Origin: Octopus sinensis
Lineage: Eukaryota
Reading direction: 5' to 3'
DNA length: 64,000 nt
NCBI RefSeq assembly: GCF_006345805.1
Contig: NC_042999.1
Location: 132,246,001-132,310,000, forward strand
The position numbers and the translations under genes are program-made. The notes under the pieces were generated by a model. That model was not told the DNA's origin, did no database searches, and worked only from the letters and a program-made list of their open reading frames with translations. Below are positions 1 to 11,314 of this stretch, piece after piece. The first letter of the stretch is position 1; every line of letters starts with the position of its first letter.

Positions 1-143
1 AGCAATACATATTAAAGGTCATGAGTTGCCTAAAATCTGTGTTTTTTTTTTTATGATTTCTTCTAAGAATAGCCGTTTCACTGGTACTATACAAAAATAA
101 TGCTTCTTTTTATTCGCTTTTTTAAAATTCTTCTTTCCCACAG

Positions 144-201
144 GCAAATCATCTCAGTAGGTGATGCTCCGAAGTTCCACTCTACTGCCATTCCCATGTA
201 G
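144..201 (+). CDS. Candidate terminal coding exon of an upstream gene (QIISVGDAPKFHSTAIPM*)
   Basis: Strong polypyrimidine acceptor (tttttaaaattcttctttcccacag|G), 18 open codons to TAG at 199-201, and AATAAA motifs about 150 nt downstream. Product not recognised. Confidence 0.4.
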
Positions 202-406
202 CATATTGCACTACTTCAAGATTAAAATGTGTTGCTTTTCTTATGTCTCCTTGTTAGACCTGCCAAAGATGAGGGAAATAATTCTGAAAATGGTTTGTGA
301 CACCAGTGGAGTCTTGGTAGCGAGTGAACAACGTTCTATGCATTCAACTGAGAATAAAAAATAAAAATAAATAAAATCATGTTCATTGAGATCAGAAGCC
401 AACCTT

Positions 407-483
407 TCACAATTTCTCAATAGATGGTGCTGCTGTACCAATCTCATTAATAAACAAACAGCACAGCAGCAAAGGCAATGAAA
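407..483 (-). CDS. Candidate exon (VSLPLLLCCLFINEIGTAAPSIEKL*)
   Basis: Acceptor ttttcttaaactctgctgcag on the minus strand, then 24 open codons to TGA. Phase-compatible with the candidate exon at 6806-6929. Confidence 0.2.
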
Positions 484-728
484 CTGCAGCAGAGTTTAAG
501 AAAATATTTTTATTTACTGAGTAATTATAATTGTATTTACATCAACAATATTAAATAAATAAAATGTTTTCTTGGAATAGAAAATATTTGCAATAGCTAA
601 GTAATGAAATAATATTTGTAAGGGGCTAATTTTAGTTAACTCAAAGGAAATCACAGCAAAAACTTTTCAACTAAGCATTGTAGAAGATGCATGGTAATTT
701 TCAAGGTACTATTATTATTATTGTTATT

Positions 729-942
729 AAGGCAGTGAGCTGGCAGAATTGTTAGTATGCTGGACAAAATGATTAGCAGCATTTCGTCTGTCGCTCCGTT
801 CTTAGTTCAAATTCCGCCGAGAATGACTTTGCTTTTCATCCCTTCAAGGTCAATTAATTAAGTACCAGTGAATTACTGAGGTCGATGTAATCATCTAGTC
901 CCCTCCCCACAAATTTCAGGCCTTGTGCCTTCAGTAGAAAGG

Positions 943-990
<48 letters not shown>
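729..990 (+). mobile_element. tRNA-derived SINE family A (Octopus OK-like) with (ATT)n tail
   Basis: Head aaggcagtgagctggcagaa, B-box-like gttcaaattcc, the family core, and an (ATT)15 tail at 946-990. Confidence 0.85.
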
Positions 991-3910
991 TGGTAGTCTT
1001 ATTTTTATCACATACTTTCACTGCACTACTGAGCGCAGCTCTGTGTTCCTTGGGTACGTGCTATGGTTTGTTGTGATGCTCTTATTTTTACTGTATTGAA
1101 AATGTTTTATGTATGATGTGTGCAGTGCCTAGTAGTGCTATTTTCTGTGTGTTATATATACTTGTTAGTCCTGGTGCTTTTGTTAAATATTTGTCTGAAT
1201 ATTTTGTATCATACCTAATGCTCCTACTATGATAGGAATTGTTTTTGTTTTTTGACTCCACATTCGAGTTACCTCTATTTCCAGATCTTTGTATTTTGAA
1301 AGCCTCTCTGTTTCTTTTAGAGAATCATTGTCATCTGTTGGTACTGATACATCGATTAGAAAGCATTTTTTTCTTGGTGATCTCTGACAACTATATCCGG
1401 CCTATTGGCCTTAATTTATCTGTGTGTATTGGCATATCCCAGAGTATGTTTGCCTTCCCATTTTCTGTGACCTAGCATAGCTTCCAGTGTATACAGGTCC
1501 CAACTCTGTCATGTCTGTGAATATATTCCTTCTTAGCCAGGACTGGGCAGCCAGAGAAATATGATTTATTGTTTCTTCTCCATCTCCACATATTCTGCAG
1601 TTACTTGTATTTCTTTTCATTATATGTTTTTTGGTAATTTCTGGTGGAAAGGTTTTGATCTTATGCCGCAATTAAAAATCCTTCATTCTCTGCTTTGAGT
1701 CCTGAGCTTCTCAGCCATTGTTGGGATTTTACTTTGTCTATTTCTTTTCTGTTTAGATTAACCCAGTATTTGCCATGAAGGGGCTTTTCTTGCCATCGTT
1801 TTATCATGATCCGTTGCTGTTCTAGTTTTACTTTGGATTTCAGTTGTTTTACAGCTTTTGTTGTTTCTTCTTTTTCTTCATAGTTGTTAGGCACTATGAC
1901 ATTTTTTTTGTATTTGTCAGCTTCCTTAAAGACTGAAAATAGTTTACTTGTTTTGTGGTTATTTGTATTAGTTTTCCTTGCTTCTGAAGTAGGTATTTCT
2001 GTAGTCCTATGGTGGCTATTTTGTAATAGTTTTCTAGCTGTATAAGGCCTCTACTACCTTTGATACATTGTATATATAACTTTCCTATGTTAGATTTTAG
2101 GTGGTGCTTCCTAAATCCTGTCATTATTTTTCTTGTTTTCTTGTCTATTTTGATTAGTTCATTTAGAGTCCAGTCAAGAATATTGTAGCAGTAACTTATA
2201 ACTGAGATGGTTAGAGTGTTGATACCTATTATCTTGTTTTTTGCATTGAGCTTTCTTTTCAGTATTAATCTAACTTCTTATCTTCTTTTTCATTTGTGTA
2301 TGTGTTGTATCGCATCTAGTTCTCTTATTTCATTTGCTTTATCTAGTGTAATGTTGCTACTCTTAAATAGTTTTTCTCTTTTCAAGGTTGCTTTGGCATA
2401 TTTTTCTAAACCAAATTCATGTATATTTCTTTGGTAAATCCATGTACTGTCTGTAGTAATGTTTCCAGCTGTTTATCATTTACAGCATGCAGTTTTAGAT
2501 AATCCATATATAAGAGGTGGCTAATTGTCTTGCTGTAACAGTTGTATTTACATCCAGTTCTGTTTAACATGTAAGATAAAGGTGTCAGTGCCAAGCAGAA
2601 AAGAAGTGGAGAGAGAGCGTTCTCTGGAATATTCCTCTTCTAATGGGGATAGCTTTGGTTTTTATCAGTCCCTCTTTTGTTTGAACCTGTAGCACTATCT
2701 GCCATTTAGTAATGGAATGCTTTATATATTTCATTATTATTGGTGCTATCTTGGTTATGGCTAGTGTTTCTAGGATCTATGCGTGGGGAATACTATCAAA
2801 AGCCTTTCAGTAATCGATCCTTTTTTTTTTGCGGCTGTCTTCAGTTATGGCTTTATTGATCAGTAGCTGATTTTTACAGCCGTATGAGCCTTGCAGCATC
2901 CCCTCTGCTCTTCTGGAAACAGGTTGTTTTCTTTCTGATGTTACTCATTCTCTGTGATATTATTGCAGTAAAGGCTTTGTAAACTGTAGGGAGACAAGTT
3001 ATCGGTCTGTAATTTTGTGGGTTTGCCATTTCAGTGGACTTGGGAATTAGTATAGTTTTCCCTTCCATGAGCCATTCAGGCATTGTCTCTGGCTCTGCTT
3101 GTATTTCATTAAGTTTCTCAACCAGCCTTTTATGTGTTCCTGTTAGGTATTTTAACCAGATGTTGGGGATCTTGTCGTGCCTGGATGCCTTCCAGTTGCT
3201 TAGTTTTTGCAGTGCCTGTGTGACCTCTTCAGTTGTTCAGGTGCTGTATTCGTTGTTTTGATAGATTTTGCTGAAGTTGTTCCTTCGCCAACCATATTTC
3301 TTTCTAAAATTCTTCCACTTCTTATGCTGTTGATGCTGCATTGACATCTATTTTGTTTTTGTCAAGTTCTTCAAAGAATCTTTTGGGGTTGGAGTTGAAC
3401 TGTTTGTTTTGTTCAAAGAGACGTTGGCGTTTCTCATATTGGCAGATTCTTTGTGCTTTGGCGAGGATACCTTGCTTTAGCTGTTCTTTTACCGCAGGTA
3501 TACCTTGTTCTGTAATTTTGTATTTATGTAGTATTTTTCTCTCTTCTTGTTGCTTAGTAGGGTTGATTGTCTACTAGTTTTATTCAGGACTAACAGATCC
3601 TTTCTCTTATTCTCTATTTTTTATCCACGAGGGTTTATATGGGTGGTGATGCTCCTGTTTGGATGGGTTTTAGTGGGTATCCAGCTTCTTTTGTGGCCAC
3701 AGAGGCTGCTGCATATGTTATATCATTTAGCCTGGCCATATTGACATTTCTTTCTGTGGCTATTAGTTCTGTGACTGCCAGATTCATGCTATTTATTATT
3801 GATGTTGTTTCATTATCAATTTTAATTTTTGGAAGGTATAATCAGTGGACCATACTGAGATCTGTAGCTTTCAATTCTTTGATTATGTTTATTTTTAGAG
3901 TATCATATTA
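991..3910 (-). mobile_element. Decayed R4/Dong-clade non-LTR retrotransposon (RT + CCHC + restriction-like endonuclease)
   Basis: Minus-strand fragments include GKTILIPK..NYRPITCLPTVYK, LLYMDYLKLHA (YxDD-like), KPLHGKY, WLRSSGLKAENEGFLIAA, CRICGDGEETINHI, RPDIVVRD..IDVSVPTDD and PIIVGALG..QKIALLGTAHII. Many stops and frameshifts. Confidence 0.9.
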
Positions 3911-4732
3911 CTCAGAGGCGACTCCAGGTCATCAGCGTCACTTGGGCTCACCACAGATTTCGTCACTCAAGCTCATCACAGATTTCATATAAGACACATG
4001 TCTATTTGAAGAATTCCATGTTTTTCCGCTTTATTTCTAGCCCCAAATGGCTTATTTTTCATATCTAGCACTATGTCTTTCTCCATTTCGAAGTTAAGGG
4101 TAAAAATAAAGCAACCCTGCAAAACACAACTGATGTTTACACACAGACGCACAAAATAGCAGCAATCAAATAATGACAGCAGAGTGCACAACAAACATCA
4201 GTGATCTGACTGTCACCTGTACTCTTGACAAGAGATACCTGTTAGTCTTTTACACCTACCAGGCTCGTTCGTATTAGCCCGAGTTGCTGGATAATTTTAC
4301 GTTCCTTTAAGAATATTGTAGAGCGGAAACTTTTTATAGACTGGAATTTAAATACTAATCTCTATAGAAATTTATTGCTTCAAGAAAACATCGAATTTGA
4401 GTTATTGTTAATTTTTATAATTATAGATAACAACTCGGGCTGTAACTTCTGAACCCATGTCAGGCGCGTGTGAACGATGTCGAGAGAACGTCTGCTATGA
4501 ATGATATTTTTTGGCACAGAACACCTTTAAGATGACCGCCAGACGCTGAACAAAAATAAATGAACTGTGATCAGGCTCAATAAAAGGAACCCGAATTATT
4601 GGCTGAAATTATATACTTCAAATCAGAGTTAGCAGAAAGTCAATCAGCTTGCAAATACATGTTCACTTTACTAAATTTATACTCGGCTACACCTGAACAG
4701 CCCGAGTGCAGGAGTCACCATTGATATTACTC
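3911..4732. other. Unclassified 822-bp segment bracketed by identical 20-bp direct repeats
   Basis: atttttagagtatcatatta occurs at 3891-3910 and 4733-4752. Inner imperfect inverted repeat at 3917-3927 / 4709-4719. Confidence 0.55.
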
Positions 4733-4747
4733 ATTTTTAGAGTATCA

Positions 4748-4780
<33 letters not shown>

Positions 4781-4781
4781 C

Positions 4782-5010
4782 AAGGAGGGAAGCTGGCAGA
4801 GTCGTTAGCAAGCCAGGCAAAATGCTTGGTGGCATTTTGTCCGTCTTTACTTTCTGAGTTCAAATACCGCTGAGGTCGACTTTGCTTTTCATTCCTTCGA
4901 GACTGATAAAATAAGTACCAGCTGAGTACTGGGGTCGATGTAATCAACTATTTCCTTCCCCAAATTTCAGGCCTTGTGCCTATAGTAGAAAGGACTACTA
5001 CTACTACTTA
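4782..5010 (+). mobile_element. SINE family A
   Basis: Same head and core as 729-945, with a (ACT)n tail. Preceded by an (ATT)n run at 4749-4780. Confidence 0.85.
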
Positions 5011-5319
5011 AAAAAGTGTGTCTTCCATGTCGCAAAATATGGTAAATATTCAATGTATAGGGTGTAGCTTTGTTGAAAAAGTTGTTTTATTTAATATGGT
5101 AGTCATACCACATTTTATAATTCCATTTCATGAGCTTGTTGTGTTGCTTGGTAGTTTGTGTTGAGGTAGTCAATGATGATATATTGTGAACGTCTGAGTC
5201 ACCATTGTTGCAATGGATGGCTTTATCACCAGTGATGTAGTGTGATTGTTGGTGTTGTACTGTAGCAATGTAGGATGCATTGACTGCGTGAATAATAACT
5301 GATACAAATTTACAGACCT

Positions 5320-5465
5320 TTAATATTTATTGGGGAGAATTCACAAGAAAAACAAAAGACAAAGACAGGTGGTGTAGAAAACAAACAGATGTATTAGTAT
5401 AACGCTAGGGAATTGAAAAAGTCTTTAATGTTTCGAGCCTACGCTCTTCCACAGAAACAAGGAGA
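5320..5465 (-). mobile_element. Penelope-like pseudo-LTR remnant
   Basis: Minus strand reads gaagagcgtaggctcgaaacattaaagac followed by a pyrimidine-rich tail, as in Penelope-type termini. Confidence 0.55.
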
Positions 5466-5750
5466 GAATATTTATTGCTGGACATGATATTTTGTATTGG
5501 CTATTTACAATAAAGGATGCTAAAAAAATAATTGCCGACTGGGAGGAGAGAAACTGCACCTTATGGTTGGCTGTCCGAGTACCAGAAATTGTCTGCACCA
5601 AAAGTCTGAAGTCATCTGCTTCAATGCTCAAGGTCGATTGCCTGGTGAGCTAAGCACCAAACGATTTTTATGGAGTGAAAAGAGGCTAAATTCTAGAACA
5701 TCTGAGAAACCATATCACGTCACAGCTTCATGTTGATTGGTTGACTTATA

Positions 5751-6138
5751 GAGGCGCAATGGCCCAGTGGTTAGGGCAGCGGACTCGCGGTCGGAGGATC
5801 GCGGTTTCGATTCCCAGACCAAGTGTTGTGTGTGTTTATTGAGCGAAAACACCTAAAGCTCCACGAGGCTCCGGCAGGGGGTGGTGGCGACCCCTATTGT
5901 ACTCTTTTGCCTCAACTTTCTCTCACTCCACTCTTACTTCCTGTTTCTGTTGTACCTGTATTTCAAGGGGCCGGCCTTGTCACTCTCTGTGTCATGCTGA
6001 ATATCCCTGAGAACTACGTTAAGGGTGCACGTGTCTGTGGAGTGCTCAGCCACTTACACGTTAATTTCACGAGCAGGCTGTTCCGTTGATTTGGATCAAC
6101 CGGAACCCTCATCGTCGTAACCGACAGAGTGCTTCCAA
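5751..6138 (+). mobile_element. tRNA-derived SINE family C (OR-type, tRNA-Arg-like head), well preserved
   Basis: Head ggcgcaatggcccagtggttagggcagcggactcgcggtcggaggatcgcggtttcgattcc has A and B boxes. Homologues at 34166 (+) and 46429-46745 (-). Confidence 0.85.
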
Positions 6139-6258
6139 CAGATCAATCACATGAAACTTAGTAACTTACGGTTAGGATTCACCAATATGACAATGATTTA
6201 TAAACTTTTACATATTTGCGAATCAAATAAACATTCTTCCACTGAAAAGTGCTGCTGC

Positions 6259-6289
<31 letters not shown>

Positions 6290-6475
6290 CCTTTCTACTA
6301 CAGACCTGAAATTTTGGGGGAGGAGACTAGTTGACTACATCAACCCTAGTGACCCCGAAAGAGTGAAAGATAAAGTCGACCCCGGCAGCATTTGAACCCA
6401 GAACGTGATGACAAACGAAATAGCGCTAAGCATTTCTCCCAGTGTGCTAACAATTCTGCCAGTTTGCTGCCTTAC
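6259..6475 (-). mobile_element. SINE family A with (AAT)n tail
   Basis: Reverse complement of the family A core and tail. Confidence 0.8.
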
Positions 6476-6805
6476 TAGTACTAATACTGCAAATGATGAT
6501 GATAAACAGGCAGTAGAATATAAAGAGAAAGCAAAAAGAAATCATGAGTAGAAGTTTCAAGAAGTAGTAGAAGTAGTTTAATCCCAAATCAGCCCTAACT
6601 GAGGAGGTCTATGCATAAAGACATTCCAATCAATAAAATTAACTGGCAACCGAAACCCTATCGAGGGATGTATACATACAAACCTGGGGGAAATGCATAA
6701 GCGTGTAAATATATTAATACAATTGAAATTAGATGAGGTCGCACAAAGCAGCGTTGAATGTAATTTATTCGTGTAAAATCGTAGCACACTAGGACATGGC
6801 AATAC

Positions 6806-6929
6806 CTTCCACTGCGTAAATAGTCTCAGGAGAAAATTCTCCTCCTGGACAAGAGTGAAAAACACATTGAGCCAGGAATGGCATTATCGGATCGTATGAT
6901 GCATGCATTTCTGCATTCTTTTGCATCAT
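6806..6929 (-). CDS. Candidate internal exon (MMQKNAEMHASYDPIMPFLAQCVFHSCPGGEFSPETIYAVE)
   Basis: Acceptor ttcttttctag and donor G|gtattg enclose 124 nt open in phase 0. The DNA is not repeat-like. Product not recognised. Confidence 0.35.
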
Positions 6930-7355
6930 CTAGAAAAGAACTATTATAATATCCAACAAAAGAATAAAGGAAACTTCTGATTAGTGGTTGATTTCTCACA
7001 TTCGGTGTGCCTCGTATCACATTTATCTACCTTCTTTAAAAAAAATAATAGTAGGGTATGTCAAGGGGCATTTGGCAGCTATTTATAGCAGGTCCAGCTA
7101 TTATATCATAGTATAGCTAGTGATGTGTAGTTTGAGGTTCGTCTTGATCTAGCAGTATGACTCAAGTAGTTGCCCAAATAACGAGACGCATTCTACTTAC
7201 TACTTGAAATAACAACGGTGTGATTTAAAGGAAATTTGGCTGCTATTATTAGCCATAGGAACGACTACGAATAGGAATTTATTTCTATTGCTGGGATCAT
7301 TTAATTTTGTAGATTTCATAAATTTAATTAAAACGTGCTGTCTTCAACCACCACC

Positions 7356-7387
<32 letters not shown>

Positions 7388-8164
7388 CACTACCACAAAA
7401 TAGATTCGAGTTATATGATATTGAAGGTCATTTAAGTGCGTATTTTATTTATATGAGGAGATATCCTTGTTACATAAAGTAATTACTTATTGTTCTTGAA
7501 TGGGTGGGTTCTTACAAATTCCACAACTTTCACATAAGTTAAAAATCTAGAAGAAAAATTTGTTTGACTCAGTGAGTTGTAAACAATGTTTGGCCCGTCA
7601 AAAATGTAATGACAATTGTTGAATACAGCTAAATAAAAGCTTAATCCAGCATTAATCTCATCCCAAACAATTGTACCTAAATTCTTTATTTTATCAATAA
7701 AAGGAAATAGTTTTACATTAATATTTTTTGTTTATTTTTTCTTTACTTCAAAATTTTTTTCATCCTTTTTTTTCTCTTATTCTTAGAAATTTTCCTGTAA
7801 TGAATTCATCATGTTGGGGAAGAAAAATTCAAAAACCAGAATAAAAAAAAAAGAAACCTAAAAAATACAGAGGAAATGATATGATATTAAATGAAAGACA
7901 ATAAAACAGAAATAAAACTCTAAAATTGAATGAACTAGAAACTTCATAGAAAACAGTTGTTTTTTTTTTTGTTTTTTGCAACAAAATGAAATATTCAAAG
8001 CTTACTTTCCTACTAGATTAAACAGACACTGGGAGTGACAATCATTGTTACTACATTAAGAAAATGTCCGGTATTTTTCATTAGTTGTAAAGTGGACATT
8101 ATTTAATTTTAATACTACAGACACCATCTGCATGAAAAATACGTTAAGTATCAACGAGTCAATG

Positions 8165-8575
8165 TGTTAAAGGTGGTAGGGTGGTAGAATCGTGGGATAC
8201 AAATACTGTCTGGTATTTCTTTGGGCTCATTACATTCTGAGTTCGAATTTCACCAAGCTTTACTTTGCTTTTTGTCGATAAAATAAAGTACTGGGGAGTG
8301 ATACTATCGACCAACACCTTTCCTCTACTTTAAGCCCTGGACCTAAATTTGTTTCAAATTTTGGCACAAGGCCAGTGATTTCGAGGTAGGAGATAAGTTG
8401 ATTACAACGACCCCAGTACTCAGCTGGTACTTATTTTATCAATCTCGAAAGAATGAATGGTAAAGTTGACCTCAGCGGAATTTTGAATTCAGAATGTGAA
8501 CACAGATGAAATGCTGCTAAGCATTTTGCCCGGTGTGCTAACTTTTCTGCCAGCTCACCACCTCCCCAGTAGCTA
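8165..8575. mobile_element. Two degraded family A SINEs, tail to tail (+ then -)
   Basis: Family A core on + at about 8165-8340 and on - at about 8345-8575. Confidence 0.7.
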
Positions 8576-9009
8576 AATTAGAAACAATATATAATGTACA
8601 GAGAATTCTTTTTTTTTAAATCAACTTGAAATATGAAGAGGTAAATGGGGATGTCATTCAATCATTAATATTTTTTCCATATTCCCAAGCACACAAACAC
8701 GCACTTTCCCAATGTGCCGCATAGTGGGACTGAACCCGGGACCATGTGGTTGAGGAGCAAACTTCTTTTCATACAGACATGCCTGCACCTAAATGCATAA
8801 GTTACAAGAGTAATTTCCTGAAGAGGAGGGCTTTCATATTAATTTTGTGAAGTTGTATGGGTGTGGTTTGTGTTGGTGGACAAATTAAAATCCAGCAAGA
8901 CTGAAATTTGAATATGTTTGTTTAAATTACCATAGTCAGTCATTGAAGTGGCACTCGTCTATTGCTCTTGTGTGATTCTGCCAGCTCTCCATCTTCTTTC
9001 TTCTAATAA

Positions 9010-9745
9010 CAATTGTCTCAAATTTTGGCACAAAGCCAGAAATTTTAGACAAGGTGGGTTTGTCAATTATATCGACCATGAAGGATGAAAAGTAAAGTTG
9101 ACCTTAGCGAGGTAAAGAGCAGGAAGGAATATTGTAAGGTGTATTAATGATTCTTCCAGCTCGCCACCTTACTCTTAACTCTAATAATTGTTTCAAATTT
9201 TGGCACAGGGCTAGCTGTTTCTGAGGGGATGGATAAGTTGATTACTTATTTCATCGACCCCAAAAGGATGAAAAGTAAAGTCGACCTCAGCTGAATTTAA
9301 GCTCAGAATGTAAAAATGGACGAAATTCTGCTAAGCATTTTGCCCAGTTTGCTAGGATTCTTCCAGCTTGCTACCTTATTTCAGGGGAGAGAGACTGCTA
9401 TTTATTTTATCGACCCAGAAAGGATGAAAGGCAAAGTTGACCTCAGCTGAATTTTAATTCAGAACGTAAAGATGAACAGAATGCTGCTAAACATTTTGCC
9501 TGATGTACTAATGATTCTTCTAGCTCGCCAACTTATTTGGCACAGGGCCTGCAGCTTTTGAAGGGATGGGTAAGTCGATTACATCAACTCCAGTACTTGA
9601 TTGCTATTTATTTTATCTACCTTGAAAAGGAGGAAAAGCAAAGTCGATCTCGGCTGAATTTTAGCTCAGAATGTAAAGACAGACGAAATTCTGCTAAGCA
9701 TTTTGCCCTGTGTGCTAACAGTTCTACTAGTTTGCTGCTTTTCAT
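9010..9745 (-). mobile_element. Run of about four truncated family A SINEs in the same orientation
   Basis: Repeated gaaggatgaaaggcaaagtcgacctcagctgaatt..tgctaagcattttgccc blocks. Confidence 0.8.
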
Positions 9746-10090
9746 AACTCTAATAATAACACAAATAAGCAAATGCGGAAAAACTAAATCAAACACCTGG
9801 CAGGTACCTGACCGATTGATACATAATGACATTTTCACTTTTTTTCTTCATAATCAAACACTGCTTTCTCCACAGTGAAGTTACCTGTTAATATGCACTT
9901 CAATGTAACATTTCAAGAGATGGCCCCGAGGAGATTAGTATCTGGCATCAGACTTAGTTTATGCAATTATGTCTTTATTTTATCGTTGTTTAAAAAGGAA
10001 AGGGTCTCTGTCCTTTGTATGTTTCGTGAAGGTGTTAGAACTGAAATAATGATTAATAACGTAGCAGCAATTCATTTCTACATCTCTGCC

Positions 10091-10715
10091 TAGTGGTGGC
10101 TCGTGTATAGGCACTGCGAAACTGCAGCACCCCCTACTTCCACTCGATATCATCGATAAAATTCAATATAATGAGTCCTCTTTTTTCCTTTAATTCTTTC
10201 TTTATACTTGTACATTATACAATCCTTAAGCTTAATGTCAGTAGCCATCCTCTAGTTTATGAAAAAATACAAAAATCCTTGAATAGAACTGTGTGCTTCA
10301 CAGTTCCAGTGACGCGGTGTTTGGCTGTTGTGCACATGTCCTAGATAGGAAGCTTCATGCTAGGGAGAGACAGTACTGTCGTCTATGCAGTGCCGACCTT
10401 GTGTGTTGTTCTTAAAAAGTGTTTATATTCTTGAATGTGATAAAAAGTAGAATTAGATAATCCTCCAGCTTCCAGCTTCAGTGTTGCTACCAGGATTTGA
10501 AAATTAGGGCACATTACATTCTCCCCACCATCACTTATTTTATGATTTAAAGGGGGGATTCGTGGGCGTGTTCAGTGCAGTGGCTAAAAGGCGAACCGAT
10601 CAAGTTTATGCATAAATTTTCTTCTTATATGTTTGTTTCCTTTTACACAATATTAAAATGGCTACAAATTTTCTGGAGCAGCACCCCCATTAATTTTATC
10701 TACGAGCCACCACTG
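10091..10715. mobile_element. hAT-type MITE
   Basis: TIR agtggtggctcgt (10092-10104) / acgagccaccact (10702-10714). 8-bp flanks tctctgcc / cctctgct match at 6 of 8. Confidence 0.7.
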
Positions 10716-11279
10716 CCTCTGCTCTACCAATTATGTAACTCTCATCTCGCTAAAGTATTATAGTATGGATTGATTGGGAAACAAAAGACGCAATTAGTAT
10801 TTGTCGAACTGCTAAGTTACGAAAACACACAGACACACAGCTTTTGCTTAGATTCGATCTACTAAATTTTACTCACAAGTTTTACCCACTTGAGACTATT
10901 AGAAGACAATTGTTGAAGATGTTGTGCAATGCAATTGAACTCAGTACACTCTGGTTACAAAAGCAAACTTCCTAAGCACAGTGCCCCCTTCTCTCTCTCT
11001 CTCTCTATATATATATATAAAATATGAATTAGAGATAAAACCACCATTATGCAACTCAAACAGGGATAGACATAAACCAATACATAAATAACAAATAATA
11101 TAAATCTTTTTTTTCAAAAAGTATAAAAAGAATGATAAATATAATAAAATAAGTAAAACCACTACGTACGTTTCATATATATATTTTATATATTTATAAT
11201 ATATTTTATATGTTTATACTGTGAAATTTGATTTAATACTAAACCAAATTTTTCCCTGTAAGTTTGGAGCTATTCTCCC

Positions 11280-11312
<33 letters not shown>

Positions 11313-11314
11313 TA

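Noticed and set aside
3915-3990. C/D-box snoRNA-like motifs (GTGATGA...CTGA) on the minus strand
   Set aside because: Explained by the 25-bp tandem duplication; no terminal stem or recognisable guide.
3639-3992. 117-aa hydrophobic ORF on +
   Set aside because: Antisense frame of the R4-like element. The + ORFs at 56635-57501 are likewise antisense to the RTE.
5751-5825. tRNA-Arg gene
   Set aside because: It is a tRNA-like SINE head: the acceptor stem is incomplete and it runs into the SINE body. The same applies to family A and B heads.
9808-9884. Minus-strand exon with an in-frame TGA (NFTVEKAVFDYEEKK*KCHYVSIGQ), suggesting a selenoprotein when chained to 6806-6929 and 407-483
   Set aside because: The acceptor lacks a pyrimidine tract, another frame is fully open, and the + strand has better splice signals here. 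There is no known selenoprotein motif or recognisable SECIS.
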